Of a DNA stretch of 64,000 nucleotides, positions 11,016 to 20,288 are shown one piece after another. Both the position numbers and the translations under genes were made by a program. Origin of the DNA: an uncultured Bacilli bacterium (GTDB lineage: Bacteria > Bacillota_I > Bacilli_A > RF39 > UBA660); contig CAKOOR010000002.1 of NCBI GenBank assembly GCA_934098505.1, positions 83,279 to 147,278 on the forward strand, written 5' to 3'. The notes under the pieces were generated by a model. That model worked only from the letters and a program-made list of their open reading frames with translations. It made no database searches and was not told where the DNA came from. Position 1 is the first letter of the stretch; each line of letters begins with the position of its first letter.

Positions 11016-11216
11016 TTAAGACATAAAATCTGTTATAAAATTGGTTATTAAATAACTAGTAGCAATACCAAAGATGATAACTAACATTCTGGCTTCAATA
11101 GGTTTATTCCTTTTCATAAACTTATCAAAATTGATACCACTTAGGGCAACCATACTTAAAAGAAGATTAATTGCATATAACAGAGTTTTATAATTCATTA
11201 TATGATCCTTCTTCAT
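11016..11216 (-). CDS. small hydrophobic protein (uncertain)
   Basis: 66-aa ORF with two hydrophobic segments. It overlaps the rpiB 3' end by 29 nt and may be spurious. Confidence 0.25.
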   Translation of the reverse strand: MKKDHIMNYKTLLYAINLLLSMVALSGINFDKFMKRNKPIEARMLVIIFGIATSYLITNFITDFMS

Positions 11217-11637
11217 AACTTATGATTTTATTGATTCTTCTTACATGACGTTCTTCATTACTTGGTAAAGTATCCAAAAAAGTTTTTATAATTTCTAAAG
11301 CGACGTTTTTTTCTAGTGAGGCCGGAATAGCAATTACATTAGCATGATTATGAATTCTAGCGCTTTTAGCATCATCTAAATTATTAATTCGTGCGCATCT
11401 TATCCCTTTTACCTTATTAGCAGCGATGGATATACCGATGCCAGTACCACAAATTAATATACCTAAGTCTTTTGCTTTATCCATTTTAGTGCAAATATCA
11501 AAGGCAAAGTCTGGATAGTCATCTTCACTAGAGTTAGGAAGAGAAGAACTTATTATTTCATAAGTATTTTCTAAATTTTCTATTAAATGTTTTTTTAATT
11601 CACACCCGCGATGATCGCAAGCAATATATATTTTCAT
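11188..11637 (-). CDS. rpiB: ribose-5-phosphate isomerase B
   Basis: MKIYIACDHRGCELK...GILICGTGIGISIAANKVKGIRCA, RpiB/LacAB family. Confidence 0.85.
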   Translation of the reverse strand: MKIYIACDHRGCELKKHLIENLENTYEIISSSLPNSSEDDYPDFAFDICTKMDKAKDLGILICGTGIGISIAANKVKGIRCARINNLDDAKSARIHNHANVIAIPASLEKNVALEIIKTFLDTLPSNEERHVRRINKIISYEEGSYNEL

Positions 11638-11666
11638 ATTTTTTCTTCTTTCTTTTTTTATATTTT

Positions 11667-12596
11667 TTATTTAAATATATCTTTAATCAACTTATGGTGA
11701 TTTAACAAACTTAATAATTGGAACTCCTGGTAACTTGGGGCAATTGATATATCTTTTAAACTAGGACCATCACTGGTCATCACTATATCTATTTGTAAAT
11801 ATTTATTATCAGGAATAGTATTTTTAATGCGATTAACTAATCTTAAAGTTCGTGGCCATTTCGGAATAGTAAGCCAGAGAAGGGGAGATTTTGTTAAAGG
11901 ATGTTCCTCATAGATATTTTTGGTTAAGTCATAAAATGGGGAGTCAATAAGACCCGTATCTAAATTTATAGAAGCAATAATTTGGTTATTAGCAGTAACT
12001 TCATAATCTTCTTTACTAGTTACTAAATAGGAAAAAATGATATCGTCTTTAAAAGTTATAAAACGAATAAATGATAAATTGTTAGGATTTAATCTATCTA
12101 ATATTTCGTCTTGTTTAATAGCACTTTCTAAAATAGTCATTTTACTTAAATATAAATCATTATAAACATTAGTATAATTTTTTAAATCAATTTTAATTTT
12201 TTTTGTGTCATTTTTTACTTTCAAATCATATTTAGCATATATATAATCTTTATTTTGAATAAAATCATAAAAGTCAGTAATATTATCGCCATTAAGTTCT
12301 AACCATTTGTAATTAAGAAAGGGATAAAATTTTTTATTAAATTTATGGCGAGAGTAAATAATTTCTTTTAAATTAGAATTATTATACATTTTTATTAACT
12401 TTTGATTATATTTATTAGTAAGTAAATTAGTTTTTTCTAGGTCAGTCATTTTATAACATTCAAACAATTGATATTCAAAAAGACTGATATGATGCTTATA
12501 ATGAGATCGAAGATAATCATTAATTATAGTAATGGTTTTGATATTGGTACGACTTGATAATACTTTTGCTACTTTATATATATTTTGATGTGTCAT
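11667..12596 (-). CDS. hypothetical protein
   Basis: 309-aa ORF. No P-loop or other motif recognised. Confidence 0.4.
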   Translation of the reverse strand: MTHQNIYKVAKVLSSRTNIKTITIINDYLRSHYKHHISLFEYQLFECYKMTDLEKTNLLTNKYNQKLIKMYNNSNLKEIIYSRHKFNKKFYPFLNYKWLELNGDNITDFYDFIQNKDYIYAKYDLKVKNDTKKIKIDLKNYTNVYNDLYLSKMTILESAIKQDEILDRLNPNNLSFIRFITFKDDIIFSYLVTSKEDYEVTANNQIIASINLDTGLIDSPFYDLTKNIYEEHPLTKSPLLWLTIPKWPRTLRLVNRIKNTIPDNKYLQIDIVMTSDGPSLKDISIAPSYQEFQLLSLLNHHKLIKDIFK

Positions 12597-12613
12597 TTAA
12601 TCAACTCCATCTT

Positions 12614-12650
12614 TATTATAGCAAAAAAACTGCAATTATGCAGTTTTTGT
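12614..12650 (-). terminator. rho-independent terminator of rpmE
   Basis: The hairpin ctgcaattatgcag is flanked by A7/T5 runs and overlaps the rpmE stop. Confidence 0.6.
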
Positions 12651-12879
12651 TTCGTCGTGATTAAAGCCGTATTTACGGTTGAATTTTTCTACTGAGCCAG
12701 TCTTCTTAGCACGAGCTTGTGAACCTGTATAGAATGGGTGGCAAGCACTACAAACATCACATTGGATACTGTCTTTAGTAGATTTTACTGTAAATGTATT
12801 TCCGCAAGCACAATGTACTTCTACTTCGTGCATTTCTGGATGAATTCCCTTTTTCATGATACTCTCCTTCCGCCATGTT
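12636..12879 (-). CDS. rpmE: 50S ribosomal protein L31 (Zn-binding type A)
   Basis: [19 protein letters not shown]...[13 protein letters not shown]. The RBS GGAGG precedes ATG 12879. The ORF-track start 12887 is an upstream extension. Confidence 0.85.
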
Positions 12880-13065
12880 ATATTCATAACATAGAAATTT
12901 GTTTGTCCTATGTATTATATCATAAGATTTTAGTTTTGCAATTATTAATAAGTTTATTTTTCCTGATTTTCAATAATTTTTTAATATTTAAATTAAATGA
13001 GCATTTACTATTTTCCATAAACTTAATGGTTATTAAAACATTTTATATTCTAAATAGCAAAAGTT

Positions 13066-13590
13066 TTATTTGATTTTTATTTTAAGATTGGCTAAGATTT
13101 TTCCAACTAAAAATGATATTTTATCACTATTTTTAGTAGCTATTGATTTACAGATAGCCTTACCACCTACGGTAAAACTAGAAATGAAAGCTGTAAGTAA
13201 AACGGATATAATGCTTAAATTAATATTGGTTGAGTTACTAACTGATATTGCTAAGACAGCGCCAATAGAACCACTGATAATTCCACAAATATCGCCAATA
13301 ACATCATTACATATACTAGAAATTTTACTAGAATTTTTAAGTAAGCCGATAGTTTCTTTACCACCTTTTATTTTTTGAGAAGCAATTGACAAGAAAGTCT
13401 TTTCTTTACTCGTTAAAACTGCTACACCTATCATATCGAAGATAATGCCTATTACAATTATTAAAATTAATATTATAAATAAAAAGATACTATTCAATGA
13501 GTTTGATATAATATTAGAGATAATACTAAATAAGCATGATAGGATAAAAGTTAATAAAAAAACTTTATATATCCAGGCTTTATTATTCAT
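13066..13590 (-). CDS. hypothetical integral membrane protein
   Basis: The AGGAGG RBS precedes MNNKAWIYK. Four or more hydrophobic helices. Confidence 0.5.
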   Translation of the reverse strand: MNNKAWIYKVFLLTFILSCLFSIISNIISNSLNSIFLFIILILIIVIGIIFDMIGVAVLTSKEKTFLSIASQKIKGGKETIGLLKNSSKISSICNDVIGDICGIISGSIGAVLAISVSNSTNINLSIISVLLTAFISSFTVGGKAICKSIATKNSDKISFLVGKILANLKIKIK

Positions 13591-13640
13591 AATTCCTCCT
13601 ATATAAAGTAATATTCTAATTTTTGTATGGTATATCAAAA

Positions 13641-14079
13641 GTTAATTTTACGGCTTGAGGTCGAGTTGAGTTTCTCTAAATATCTTCCACTTGATTACTC
13701 ATTGGCACTTTCGTCTTTAGGATATTTAATTAATATTTAATTCATTAATTACTCGATTGCCACTTAGTCCGCACTTCAATACTCTTAATATAGACAGTCT
13801 AGAGGTTTTCCCTGACATAAGTAACTATACTTATTCGCTTTTGCAAGCATTATTTCAACTTATAGTATTCCTAATACTCACGCACGACATACGTAACTTT
13901 GAAATGACGTAATGAAAGGATGTGGGTTATATGCCATTATAACTTTCCTTAGATTTTAAATCTTATATTCACCCTAACTTGGGCCGATAAAGCAAATATA
14001 AGAAGTGTCGGTAATGTAATTGATGGATTTTTAGCCCCATCTTCATATAGTGTTATGACTAGAATAATGCACCACACAT
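13641..14079 (-). ncRNA. candidate structured leader/ncRNA (~430 nt, ORF-free, GC-richer than surroundings) transcribed from consensus promoter
   Basis: No ORF on either strand. Local GC is elevated. It contains GGGUGAAU and GAUGGGGC segments faintly reminiscent of a c-di-AMP (ydaO) riboswitch. Identity unresolved. Confidence 0.3.
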
Positions 14080-14086
14080 AGCCGAG

Positions 14087-14115
14087 ATTATAACACAAGA
14101 TATTTCGTTTGTCAA
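14087..14115 (-). promoter_or_regulatory. consensus sigma-A promoter (TTGACA-17-TGtTATAAT) reading leftward
   Basis: Minus strand: TTGACA (14115-14110), a 17-bp spacer, then the extended -10 TGTTATAAT (14095-14087). All three elements are perfect matches. Confidence 0.7.
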
Positions 14116-14212
14116 ATTTTGTTTTCTTAGAGTGTAAACAAGAGCGATTTTGACACTTTTTTTGAATTTTATTATAATCTTCTTTTAATTATATGTCTTT
14201 TTAATAAAAATA

Positions 14213-14689
14213 TTATTTGTCAATTAATTTACTTACTAAATTTAACATTTTACTATTATTGTGAACAAATTTATTTGGTTTAAATTTTTTTACCTTTGTT
14301 AAAGCTTCAGCTAATCCTTCAACATCTTGTAAACCAATTATGTATCCTAGTGAATTAAACTTAGCAATGATTTGGGTTTGATGATCATTGATATGCTCTC
14401 CATACTTAGCAAGTCTGGGGATTGCTATTACTTTTTTATTTTTTTCCAGAGCAGAGATAATGTTACCAACACCACCATGGGTAATAATCAAGTCGGCCTT
14501 GTCCATTAAGAAATTAAATTCATCTTGAGGTATTAAATCAAATATTTCCATATTTTGTGAACTATACTTAGTAAAACCAGCTTGAACTATTACTTTATCT
14601 TTTATTAAACCTTGTTTTATTAATTGGTCAATCTTTTCTAGAAGACGGACAAAGGTTTTATCTTGAGTTCCTAAAGTTACTAAAATCAT
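14213..14689 (-). CDS. glycosyltransferase family 28 C-terminal domain protein (Alg13-like, EpsF/Cps14G-type)
   Basis: MILVTLGTQ...ITHGGVGNIISAL. AAGGA RBS. Start trimmed to M13. Confidence 0.65.
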   Translation of the reverse strand: MILVTLGTQDKTFVRLLEKIDQLIKQGLIKDKVIVQAGFTKYSSQNMEIFDLIPQDEFNFLMDKADLIITHGGVGNIISALEKNKKVIAIPRLAKYGEHINDHQTQIIAKFNSLGYIIGLQDVEGLAEALTKVKKFKPNKFVHNNSKMLNLVSKLIDK

Positions 14690-14705
14690 AAGAAATCCTT
14701 TCTTT

Positions 14706-15194
14706 TTAATAAATCCACCCACCATAAATGGCGTTGGGATAAACTTCTAACATGCTTTCCCATTGAACAATAAAATAGTCGGCAAATTTATATATCAACC
14801 GCCCAGCACGAGTAGGGGTAGTACTGTTGGCAATAGTTTCGATAAAAATAACTTTTTTACGGAATAATTTAGCTAAGCAACACATAGGTCCAACATTATG
14901 GGAACCTGTTGTTACAACAACATCCGGTCTTATTTTAATAATTAAATGTAGCGAAATAAAACAATTTAAAAGGAGTTTAAAAGGGTAAACCAACTTAGCT
15001 TTAAAATTAGTATAAGTACCGCTAATTATATAATGAATTCGATTAGGATATTTATTAGCTAGATCAAGGTTATTTTTAGTTTTTTCGGTAACAATTGTAT
15101 AATCATATTTTTTGAATAAGGGGGCAAGCTGCATTAGTTCACTTAAATGACCACCAGTACTAGCAATAAACATTACTTTTTTCTTTGTTTTCAC
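14706..15194 (-). CDS. Alg14-like oligosaccharide biosynthesis membrane protein (EpsE/Cps14F-type partner of Alg13-like GT)
   Basis: The MFIASTGGHLSELMQL motif. Adjacent to the Alg13-like gene. Confidence 0.6.
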   Translation of the reverse strand: MKTKKKVMFIASTGGHLSELMQLAPLFKKYDYTIVTEKTKNNLDLANKYPNRIHYIISGTYTNFKAKLVYPFKLLLNCFISLHLIIKIRPDVVVTTGSHNVGPMCCLAKLFRKKVIFIETIANSTTPTRAGRLIYKFADYFIVQWESMLEVYPNAIYGGWIY

Positions 15195-15343
15195 GTATAA
15201 TCACCTTAAAGCTATTATACTATAAAAGATTCGTTATTAGAAAAAAAGATTTGGAATATTAGAAAATTAAAAGAAAAAAGCTTTACATAAAAGTGAAATT
15301 TTAATTTAATGACAAATATCTAATATTTGAATATATAAACATA

Positions 15344-15940
15344 TTAGTTTTCAATTTTCCAAGTTGAAATAATATTATTAAATAATTTATTAGCAATCTT
15401 TTTATGGTCTTCTTGATTTAAAGTATAATTTTGAGAAGATAATCTTTGTAAAATACTAGATGTATTAATAAAATCTATTTTATATTTACGAGTTAAATCA
15501 TTTAAAAGATAGTTAGATGTTAAGTTAATAGGGCTTATATAGATAATTTGTTTAGAGTTATACTTTCTTAAAAGAATAAATAAGTTTTCTAAATTAGTAT
15601 AAATATTAATTATATTTTCTTTTTCATGAATAAGCTCAAAATCTCCTAAATAAATGATTATAACATTAGAAGAATTTAACTTTTCTTGAATATCATTATA
15701 ATTACTTTTTATTTTATCGACAACATTTTCTATTTCCAAATTTTCTTTATGATAGGTATTAAAAGTTGTAGGTAATAATTTTTCTAGGTCTTTCTGTAAA
15801 AATGGACTAAAATTTTCTTGAATAGTCGTAGTGTCATCATAGATAACAGTTATCTTTATTTCTTGATGATTGTTAGCATTAAAAATAAGGTATGTTAAGA
15901 TGATTGCCCCTAAAGACAAAAAGAATAATTTTACTTTCAT
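15344..15940 (-). CDS. hypothetical secreted/membrane-anchored protein
   Basis: N-terminal signal/TM MKVKLFFLSLGAIILTYLIF. Confidence 0.4.
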   Translation of the reverse strand: MKVKLFFLSLGAIILTYLIFNANNHQEIKITVIYDDTTTIQENFSPFLQKDLEKLLPTTFNTYHKENLEIENVVDKIKSNYNDIQEKLNSSNVIIIYLGDFELIHEKENIINIYTNLENLFILLRKYNSKQIIYISPINLTSNYLLNDLTRKYKIDFINTSSILQRLSSQNYTLNQEDHKKIANKLFNNIISTWKIEN

Positions 15941-15964
15941 AAGACCTCACTTACTTAGTATAAT

Positions 15965-17215
15965 TTATTCTTCTATTCTTATTTTAGCACCTACCTTAGA
16001 TAGTTTTGTTTTAATATTTTCGTAGCCTCGCAATATATGGTCAGCTTGGTTGATGGTAGTTTGACCTTCGGCGATAAGTCCTGCCAAGACTAAAGAAGCT
16101 CCAGCGCGTAAGTCGCTTGCTGTTACTTCACAGCCTATTAAAGAAGATGGACCCGTTATGAAAGCTTTATTATTCGTATTAGCAATATTGGCACCCATTT
16201 TATTTAAATATTCTATATGACCCATTCGATTTTCGTAAATTGTTTCTGTAAAAGTTGATATGCCATTTGCTTGAGTGAGAAGGGTTTGCATAGTTTGACC
16301 TAAGTCAGTTACAAAGCCAGGATAAACTTGCGAGGTTATATTGATAGGTTTTAAATCAGTTTGTTTGGAAATTATAATTGAACTTTCTTCTAAGATATAA
16401 TTTATATTCATATTTTTTAAAGTATCTAACAAACTTTCTAAGTGTTTGGGTTCAATTTTATCAATAACCAAATTATCACCAGCAAGGGCGCCCGCAATTA
16501 TATATGTCCCAGCTTCTATGCGATCAGGAATAGTATATATATTGCCTTTATTTAACTTTTTGACGCCGGTTATAGTAATAGTATCAGTGCCTGCACCTTT
16601 AATTTTAGCTCCCATACTTTTCAAAAAATCAGCGACATTAACGATTTCCGGTTCCCTAGCAGCATTAAAAATTCTAGTTTGGCCATTAGCTTTTACAGCA
16701 GCCAGCATAATATTAATTGTGGCACCAACGGAAGGAAAATCAAAAGTAATATCAGTACCCGTTAATTCTTTAGCATCAATAATATACTTATCGCCTTCAA
16801 TTGTAACTGTAGCTCCCAATTTTTCAAAACCTTTAATATGATAATCAATTGGTCGTTTACCGATTTTACAACCACCAGGAAAATACATTTCTACATGATG
16901 ATATTTAGATAATAAAGAGCCCATAAAATAATAAGAAGCTCTTAATTTTTTGGCTAATGCTTCTTCAATTACTTGATTTTTAACATTGCTAGTATCAATA
17001 CTTAGAAGATTATTTTCATATTTATAATCAGCATTTAAAAGCTTTAGAATTTCCAGTAAAGCTTTGGTATCTGTTATATCAGGAACATTGTCAATTATTA
17101 CATCATCATCACAAAGAATAGCTGCTGGTATTAAAGCGACTACACTGTTTTTAGCACCACTTATTTCAATGGTACCACTTAATTTATTGGGTCCTTCGAT
17201 TATTAATTTGGTCAT
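15965..17215 (-). CDS. murA: UDP-N-acetylglucosamine 1-carboxyvinyltransferase
   Basis: MTKLIIEGPNKLSGTIEISGAKNSVVALIPAAIL and full-length EPSP-synthase-fold similarity. Confidence 0.9.
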   Translation of the reverse strand: MTKLIIEGPNKLSGTIEISGAKNSVVALIPAAILCDDDVIIDNVPDITDTKALLEILKLLNADYKYENNLLSIDTSNVKNQVIEEALAKKLRASYYFMGSLLSKYHHVEMYFPGGCKIGKRPIDYHIKGFEKLGATVTIEGDKYIIDAKELTGTDITFDFPSVGATINIMLAAVKANGQTRIFNAAREPEIVNVADFLKSMGAKIKGAGTDTITITGVKKLNKGNIYTIPDRIEAGTYIIAGALAGDNLVIDKIEPKHLESLLDTLKNMNINYILEESSIIISKQTDLKPINITSQVYPGFVTDLGQTMQTLLTQANGISTFTETIYENRMGHIEYLNKMGANIANTNNKAFITGPSSLIGCEVTASDLRAGASLVLAGLIAEGQTTINQADHILRGYENIKTKLSKVGAKIRIEE

Positions 17216-17391
17216 ATATAATACACCCCATCTAACTATAATTAACTATATCTAATTTACTACATTAAGTCAAACAAAAAAACATCTATAAAACTATATT
17301 ATAGAAATTTTTCTATTATTCTTAATTTTAGTATTTATTAAACTTAATTTGATTTATTGACATTTTACCTAAACTCTAATTACTAATAAAT

Positions 17392-17883
17392 TTAATTATA
17401 TTTTAAAAGAACTTCCTTAATATACGACTTGTATTCAATATTTGATTTATCATTATTTTCATCAATTAAACATAAAGGTGGATACATTACGCACCAAAAG
17501 TTTTCACCAAGACCGTGACCTAAAGTTATTACTAAAGAATTATAATAACCGGCAGGATATTTAATGCCTTTATAGGTTTTAGAAGGAAAAAAGTTATTAC
17601 CATAAGAAATATTATAGGGAACTTGATAATGATTTAAAATAGTACGAAAAGTAGACATATTATTTTTTATATAACTATCAATGTCAGTATTTTTATTAAT
17701 ATACGGCAAAATTTGTTTCATTAAGTCTTCTTTAATCCTCGTCTTAGTTAATTGATCTTGCAAATTATTAGAATTAGCTATTATACGAAAACGAATAGAG
17801 TCATCGGGAATTATTATTTCTTCTTTATTACTATTTAAGTAGAATAAAGCAATAATGGTTAAAACAACTATAATCTTTTTTAT
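17392..17883 (-). CDS. spoIIR: stage II sporulation protein R, apparent ATA (non-ATG) start or start-codon lesion
   Basis: IPDDSIRFRIIANSN and YPAGYYNSLVITLGHGLGENFWCVMYPPLCL match B. subtilis SpoIIR. The signal peptide (I)KKIIVVLTIIALFYL is encoded only if translation begins at ATA 17883. There is no in-frame ATG/GTG/TTG before the stop at 17892. Confidence 0.6.
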   Translation of the reverse strand: MKKIIVVLTIIALFYLNSNKEEIIIPDDSIRFRIIANSNNLQDQLTKTRIKEDLMKQILPYINKNTDIDSYIKNNMSTFRTILNHYQVPYNISYGNNFFPSKTYKGIKYPAGYYNSLVITLGHGLGENFWCVMYPPLCLIDENNDKSNIEYKSYIKEVLLKYN

Positions 17884-17924
17884 AAAAAATCACCCAATTT
17901 AATATTGAGTGACTTTTATTTTTT

Positions 17925-18665
17925 TTATTCATTAATTATGAAAATATATCTATCCTTACCGGCTAAGTCCTTTTTTACTTGAATATAGGCATGTGGATAA
18001 AGATTTCTTGCTAGATTTGTAATATCTTGACTTTGAGTACAACCAATTTCAAAGGCTATTATACTTTTAGGTTCTAAAAATTCTTTACTTCTTTTTAAAA
18101 TTATCTCGTAAAATTCAAGACCGTTATTATGTGCAAATAGGGCATTTTGTGGTTCATATTTAGTTGCTGGATCAACTGGTTCATCATACTTAACATATGG
18201 AGGATTGCTAACTAAAATATTATATTTTTTCTTAATGCTACAATTTTTGATATCTCCAAGAGCAAAATTAACATTGGCATGGTTTAGAACGGCATTTGAA
18301 CTTGCTAATTCAATGGCATCTTTAGAAATATCTAGAGCGTCGACCGTAGTGTTTAATTCTTTAGATAAAGTTATAGCAATGCAACCACTTCCCGTACCGA
18401 TTTCTAAGATTTTAAGAGTAAGGTAATTAGTTTGACTTTTAATTAATTTTAGTAATTCATCGACTAAGCCTTCGGTTTCAAAACGGGGTATTAAAGCTCG
18501 TTCATCAACTTTTATCGAATATCCATAAAAATTAACATTACCAATCAAATATTGAATAGGGTAGTCATTGTTAATTTTTTGGATAATTTCTTCCATGTTA
18601 TTAGGATATAATTTTTTTAATAATTCATAGTCAGTACTAGAAATATATCTTTCTTTTTTTATCAT
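17925..18665 (-). CDS. prmC: release factor glutamine N5-methyltransferase
   Basis: SAM-MTase motifs LEIGTGSGCIAI and VSNPPY. Directly downstream of prfA. Confidence 0.85.
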   Translation of the reverse strand: MIKKERYISSTDYELLKKLYPNNMEEIIQKINNDYPIQYLIGNVNFYGYSIKVDERALIPRFETEGLVDELLKLIKSQTNYLTLKILEIGTGSGCIAITLSKELNTTVDALDISKDAIELASSNAVLNHANVNFALGDIKNCSIKKKYNILVSNPPYVKYDEPVDPATKYEPQNALFAHNNGLEFYEIILKRSKEFLEPKSIIAFEIGCTQSQDITNLARNLYPHAYIQVKKDLAGKDRYIFIINE

Positions 18666-19717
18666 TATTCTCCTGCTAATTTTAATCTTTGATCTTCAGT
18701 AATTAAAGCCTCAATTATTGGATCTAAATTGCCTTCCATTACACGATCTAATTCCATAATTGAAAAATTAATACGATGATCGGTAACACGATTTTGCGGA
18801 TAGTTGTAAGTTCTAATCTTTTCACTACGATCGCCAGTACCGATTTTTTTACGTGATTCGCCAACTTGTTGCTCTTTTTCAGCTAAGGCAGCGTCGTGTA
18901 ATTTGGCTGCTAACATTTTCATAGCTTTTTCTTTATTCTTTAATTGTGAACGTTCTACTTGACAAGTAACAATGGTATTAGTAGGAATATGAGTAATTCT
19001 AACAGCTGAGTTAGAGGTATTTACTGATTGCCCACCAGCGCCACTAGAATGGTAAACATCAATTTTTAAGTCAGTTTCCTTAATTTCGACATCATTAACA
19101 TTTACTTCGGGCATAACTAATACAGTAGCAGTTGAAGTATGAACACGACCACCAGCTTCAGTTACCGGTACTCTTTGAACACGGTGAGAACCACTTTCAA
19201 ATTTTAATTTTGAATAGACATTTTCGCCTTTAATCATAAATTCAATTTGTGAGTATCCACCAGCAGATCCTTCTATTTCGTGAAGAACCTCAATTTTCCA
19301 ATTATTTTTTTCGGCATATCTTGTGTACATACGGTATAAATCACCAGCGAAAATATTGGCCTCATCGCCACCAGCAGCCCCTCTTATTTCCATGATAATA
19401 TTTTTATCATCGTTAGGATCTTTAGGTATTAATAGTAATTGTAATTCTTTTTCTAACTTTTCCTTATTAGCAGTGGCAGTAGCAATTTCTTCTTCGGCTA
19501 AATCTTTTAAGTCAGGATCGTTTAACATTTCTTTAGCTTCAATAATGGTTTCATCGCATTTTTGATATTCATTATATTTTAATACTATTTCTTCCAGATC
19601 TGCTTTTTCTTTAGATAATTTTCTTAATTTATTATAATCTTGTAAAACATCTTCGTGAGTTAATTCTTCTATTAACTCTTGATATTTAGCTGTAATATTT
19701 TGTAATCTTTCTATCAT
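18665..19717 (-). CDS. prfA: peptide chain release factor 1
   Basis: GGQ motif (SSGAGGQSVNT), RF1-type tripeptide PVT, N-terminus MIERLQNITAKYQEL. Confidence 0.85.
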   Translation of the reverse strand: MIERLQNITAKYQELIEELTHEDVLQDYNKLRKLSKEKADLEEIVLKYNEYQKCDETIIEAKEMLNDPDLKDLAEEEIATATANKEKLEKELQLLLIPKDPNDDKNIIMEIRGAAGGDEANIFAGDLYRMYTRYAEKNNWKIEVLHEIEGSAGGYSQIEFMIKGENVYSKLKFESGSHRVQRVPVTEAGGRVHTSTATVLVMPEVNVNDVEIKETDLKIDVYHSSGAGGQSVNTSNSAVRITHIPTNTIVTCQVERSQLKNKEKAMKMLAAKLHDAALAEKEQQVGESRKKIGTGDRSEKIRTYNYPQNRVTDHRINFSIMELDRVMEGNLDPIIEALITEDQRLKLAGE

Positions 19718-19836
19718 AAAAAGGTTTCCTTTCTCGTTAATTATATAAAAATAGAAGAAAAAAAGCAATTATTTTAAACATTGCCATTCTCTTTAATAAT
19801 TTAACCTCATATAAATGAAATTATTGAAAGTTGATA

Positions 19837-20277
19837 TTAATCTAAATTACTATTTTCTTCATCTGAATCATCATTTACAACTACTAAATCTTGTAAATCA
19901 TCGTCATCATCGTCAGTTGGTTCATCTTCATCATAGTAAATATTGTCGTTATCTTCTTCAATTTCTTCTTCTTCATCTTCAAGACTACCATCGATATCTT
20001 CTTCTTCATCTTCAATAATAATCTTAGCTTGGTGACGACTTCTTAAATCCCAAAAGCCTTTTTCTAACATAATGAAACGGTGATCAGTAGATAATACTTG
20101 GAAAAAGTCAGCAATTTTAGCTTCATATTCCTCATTTGATAGTCCCAATAAATCACATATTTGCTTAAAAAGGTCGGTAATTTTTACTTTTTCGCCTGAT
20201 GATTCTAATATCATATAGGCTATATCATCATAACTTTTTGATTCTAATTCTTCTTTGGATAAATCGGTAATTTTCAT
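19837..20277 (-). CDS. rpoE: DNA-directed RNA polymerase delta subunit
   Basis: A HARE-HTH N-domain (FWDLRSRH) followed by a poly-D/E acidic tail. Confidence 0.75.
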   Translation of the reverse strand: MKITDLSKEELESKSYDDIAYMILESSGEKVKITDLFKQICDLLGLSNEEYEAKIADFFQVLSTDHRFIMLEKGFWDLRSRHQAKIIIEDEEEDIDGSLEDEEEEIEEDNDNIYYDEDEPTDDDDDDLQDLVVVNDDSDEENSNLD

Positions 20278-20288
20278 ATTTATTCCTC

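Noticed and set aside
11016-11216. 66-aa hydrophobic ORF as a definite gene
   Set aside because: It overlaps the rpiB 3' end by 29 nt with no RBS. It is retained only as a low-confidence feature.
13640-14210. RNase P RNA or tmRNA in the GC-richer ORF-free region
   Set aside because: No GGAAAGUCCGGGC (P4), no tRNA-like GGUUCGAnUCC T-arm, and no tag-peptide reading frame ending in LAA. The motif order does not fit RNase P. It is kept only as an unassigned leader/ncRNA candidate.
19815-20018. His-rich 67-aa ORF (HRHHRQLVHLHH...) on plus strand
   Set aside because: It is antisense to the acidic D/E tail of rpoE. GAA/GAT repeats read as CAT/CTT on the opposite strand, which makes it an artefact.
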